DNA of 13,538 nucleotides from Pseudomonas phage 99-2: sequence record OR621024.1; one strand, 5' to 3'. Shown piece by piece: positions 13,457 to 13,538 of this stretch (position 1 is its first letter; each line of letters starts with the position of its first letter). The notes under the pieces were generated by a model. It saw only the letters and a program-made list of their open reading frames with translations, ran no database searches and was not told where the DNA came from. The position numbers and the translations under genes were made by a program.

Positions 13457-13538
13457 AAAAGGGGTTAGCTTGCGCTAACCCCTTGAAAAATATGGTGGCT
13501 ACACCGGGACTTGAACCTGGGACATCAGCATTATGAAT
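13457..13538. repeat. attR direct repeat (copy of 1-82)
   Basis: Exact 82-nt identity with 1-82. Confidence 0.9.
13493..13538 (-). tRNA. 3' portion of tRNA(CAU; Met-like) gene at the window edge. The 5' part presumably lies beyond the window (attR, likely the intact gene).
   Basis: Same 46 nt as 37-82. The anticodon loop TTCATAA gives CAU. Resembles gamma-proteobacterial elongator tRNA-Met (3' ...CGTAGCCACCA). Confidence 0.55.

Larger units (their letters stand above)
1..13538. mobile_element. Integrated Pf-like filamentous prophage (Inovirus) with accessory moron arm, bounded by attL/attR direct repeats in a tRNA gene
   Basis: 82-bp perfect direct repeats at both window ends. Full Pf gene order is present (ssDNA-binding protein, coat proteins, pIII-like, pVI-like, Zot, 430-aa Rep, tyrosine integrase). 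The integrase lies next to the right repeat. Confidence 0.85.

Overview
This window is a complete integrated filamentous prophage (Inovirus, Pf1/Pf4/Pf6-like, as in Pseudomonas aeruginosa). It is bounded by 82-bp direct repeats (1-82 and 13457-13538). Each repeat holds the 3' ~46 nt of a tRNA(CAU; Met-like) gene on the minus strand plus the tRNA's terminator hairpin.

The GC-rich core (~4.4-13.0 kb, ~60-65% GC by eye) carries the canonical modules, all on the + strand:
- a P2-type C/Cox-like immunity switch, with C on the minus strand and Cox on the plus strand;
- small early ORFs, including one with a cysteine-5 methyltransferase-like motif set;
- gV-like ssDNA-binding protein, a PfsE-like 30-aa ORF, a coat-like paralog and the major coat protein CoaB;
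- a terminator hairpin, the pIII-like CoaA, a pVI-like protein and Zot/pI;
- a 430-aa replication initiator and a tyrosine integrase next to the right att copy.

The left arm (83-~4400) is accessory DNA, all transcribed on the minus strand in the same direction as the repressor. It holds two small morons (a 2-TM protein and a signal-peptide protein), each preceded by a duplicated copy of the repressor 3' end, one of them a dead gene fragment. It also holds a compact, very low-GC (~37%) three-gene operon (2059-3138, 939-2054, 241-930) whose products carry no motif I can recognise.

That operon is the best candidate for a previously undescribed defence or exclusion system. Other notable signals are:
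- TGTAGTCAC arm-type repeats inside both att junctions;
- inverted-repeat operators in the switch region;
- an AT-rich (swapped?) N-terminal receptor-binding domain in CoaA;
- a codon-bias patch in Zot;
- a 3-TM membrane protein between the integrase and attR.

All calls come from reading the sequence and recalled family knowledge. No searches were run.
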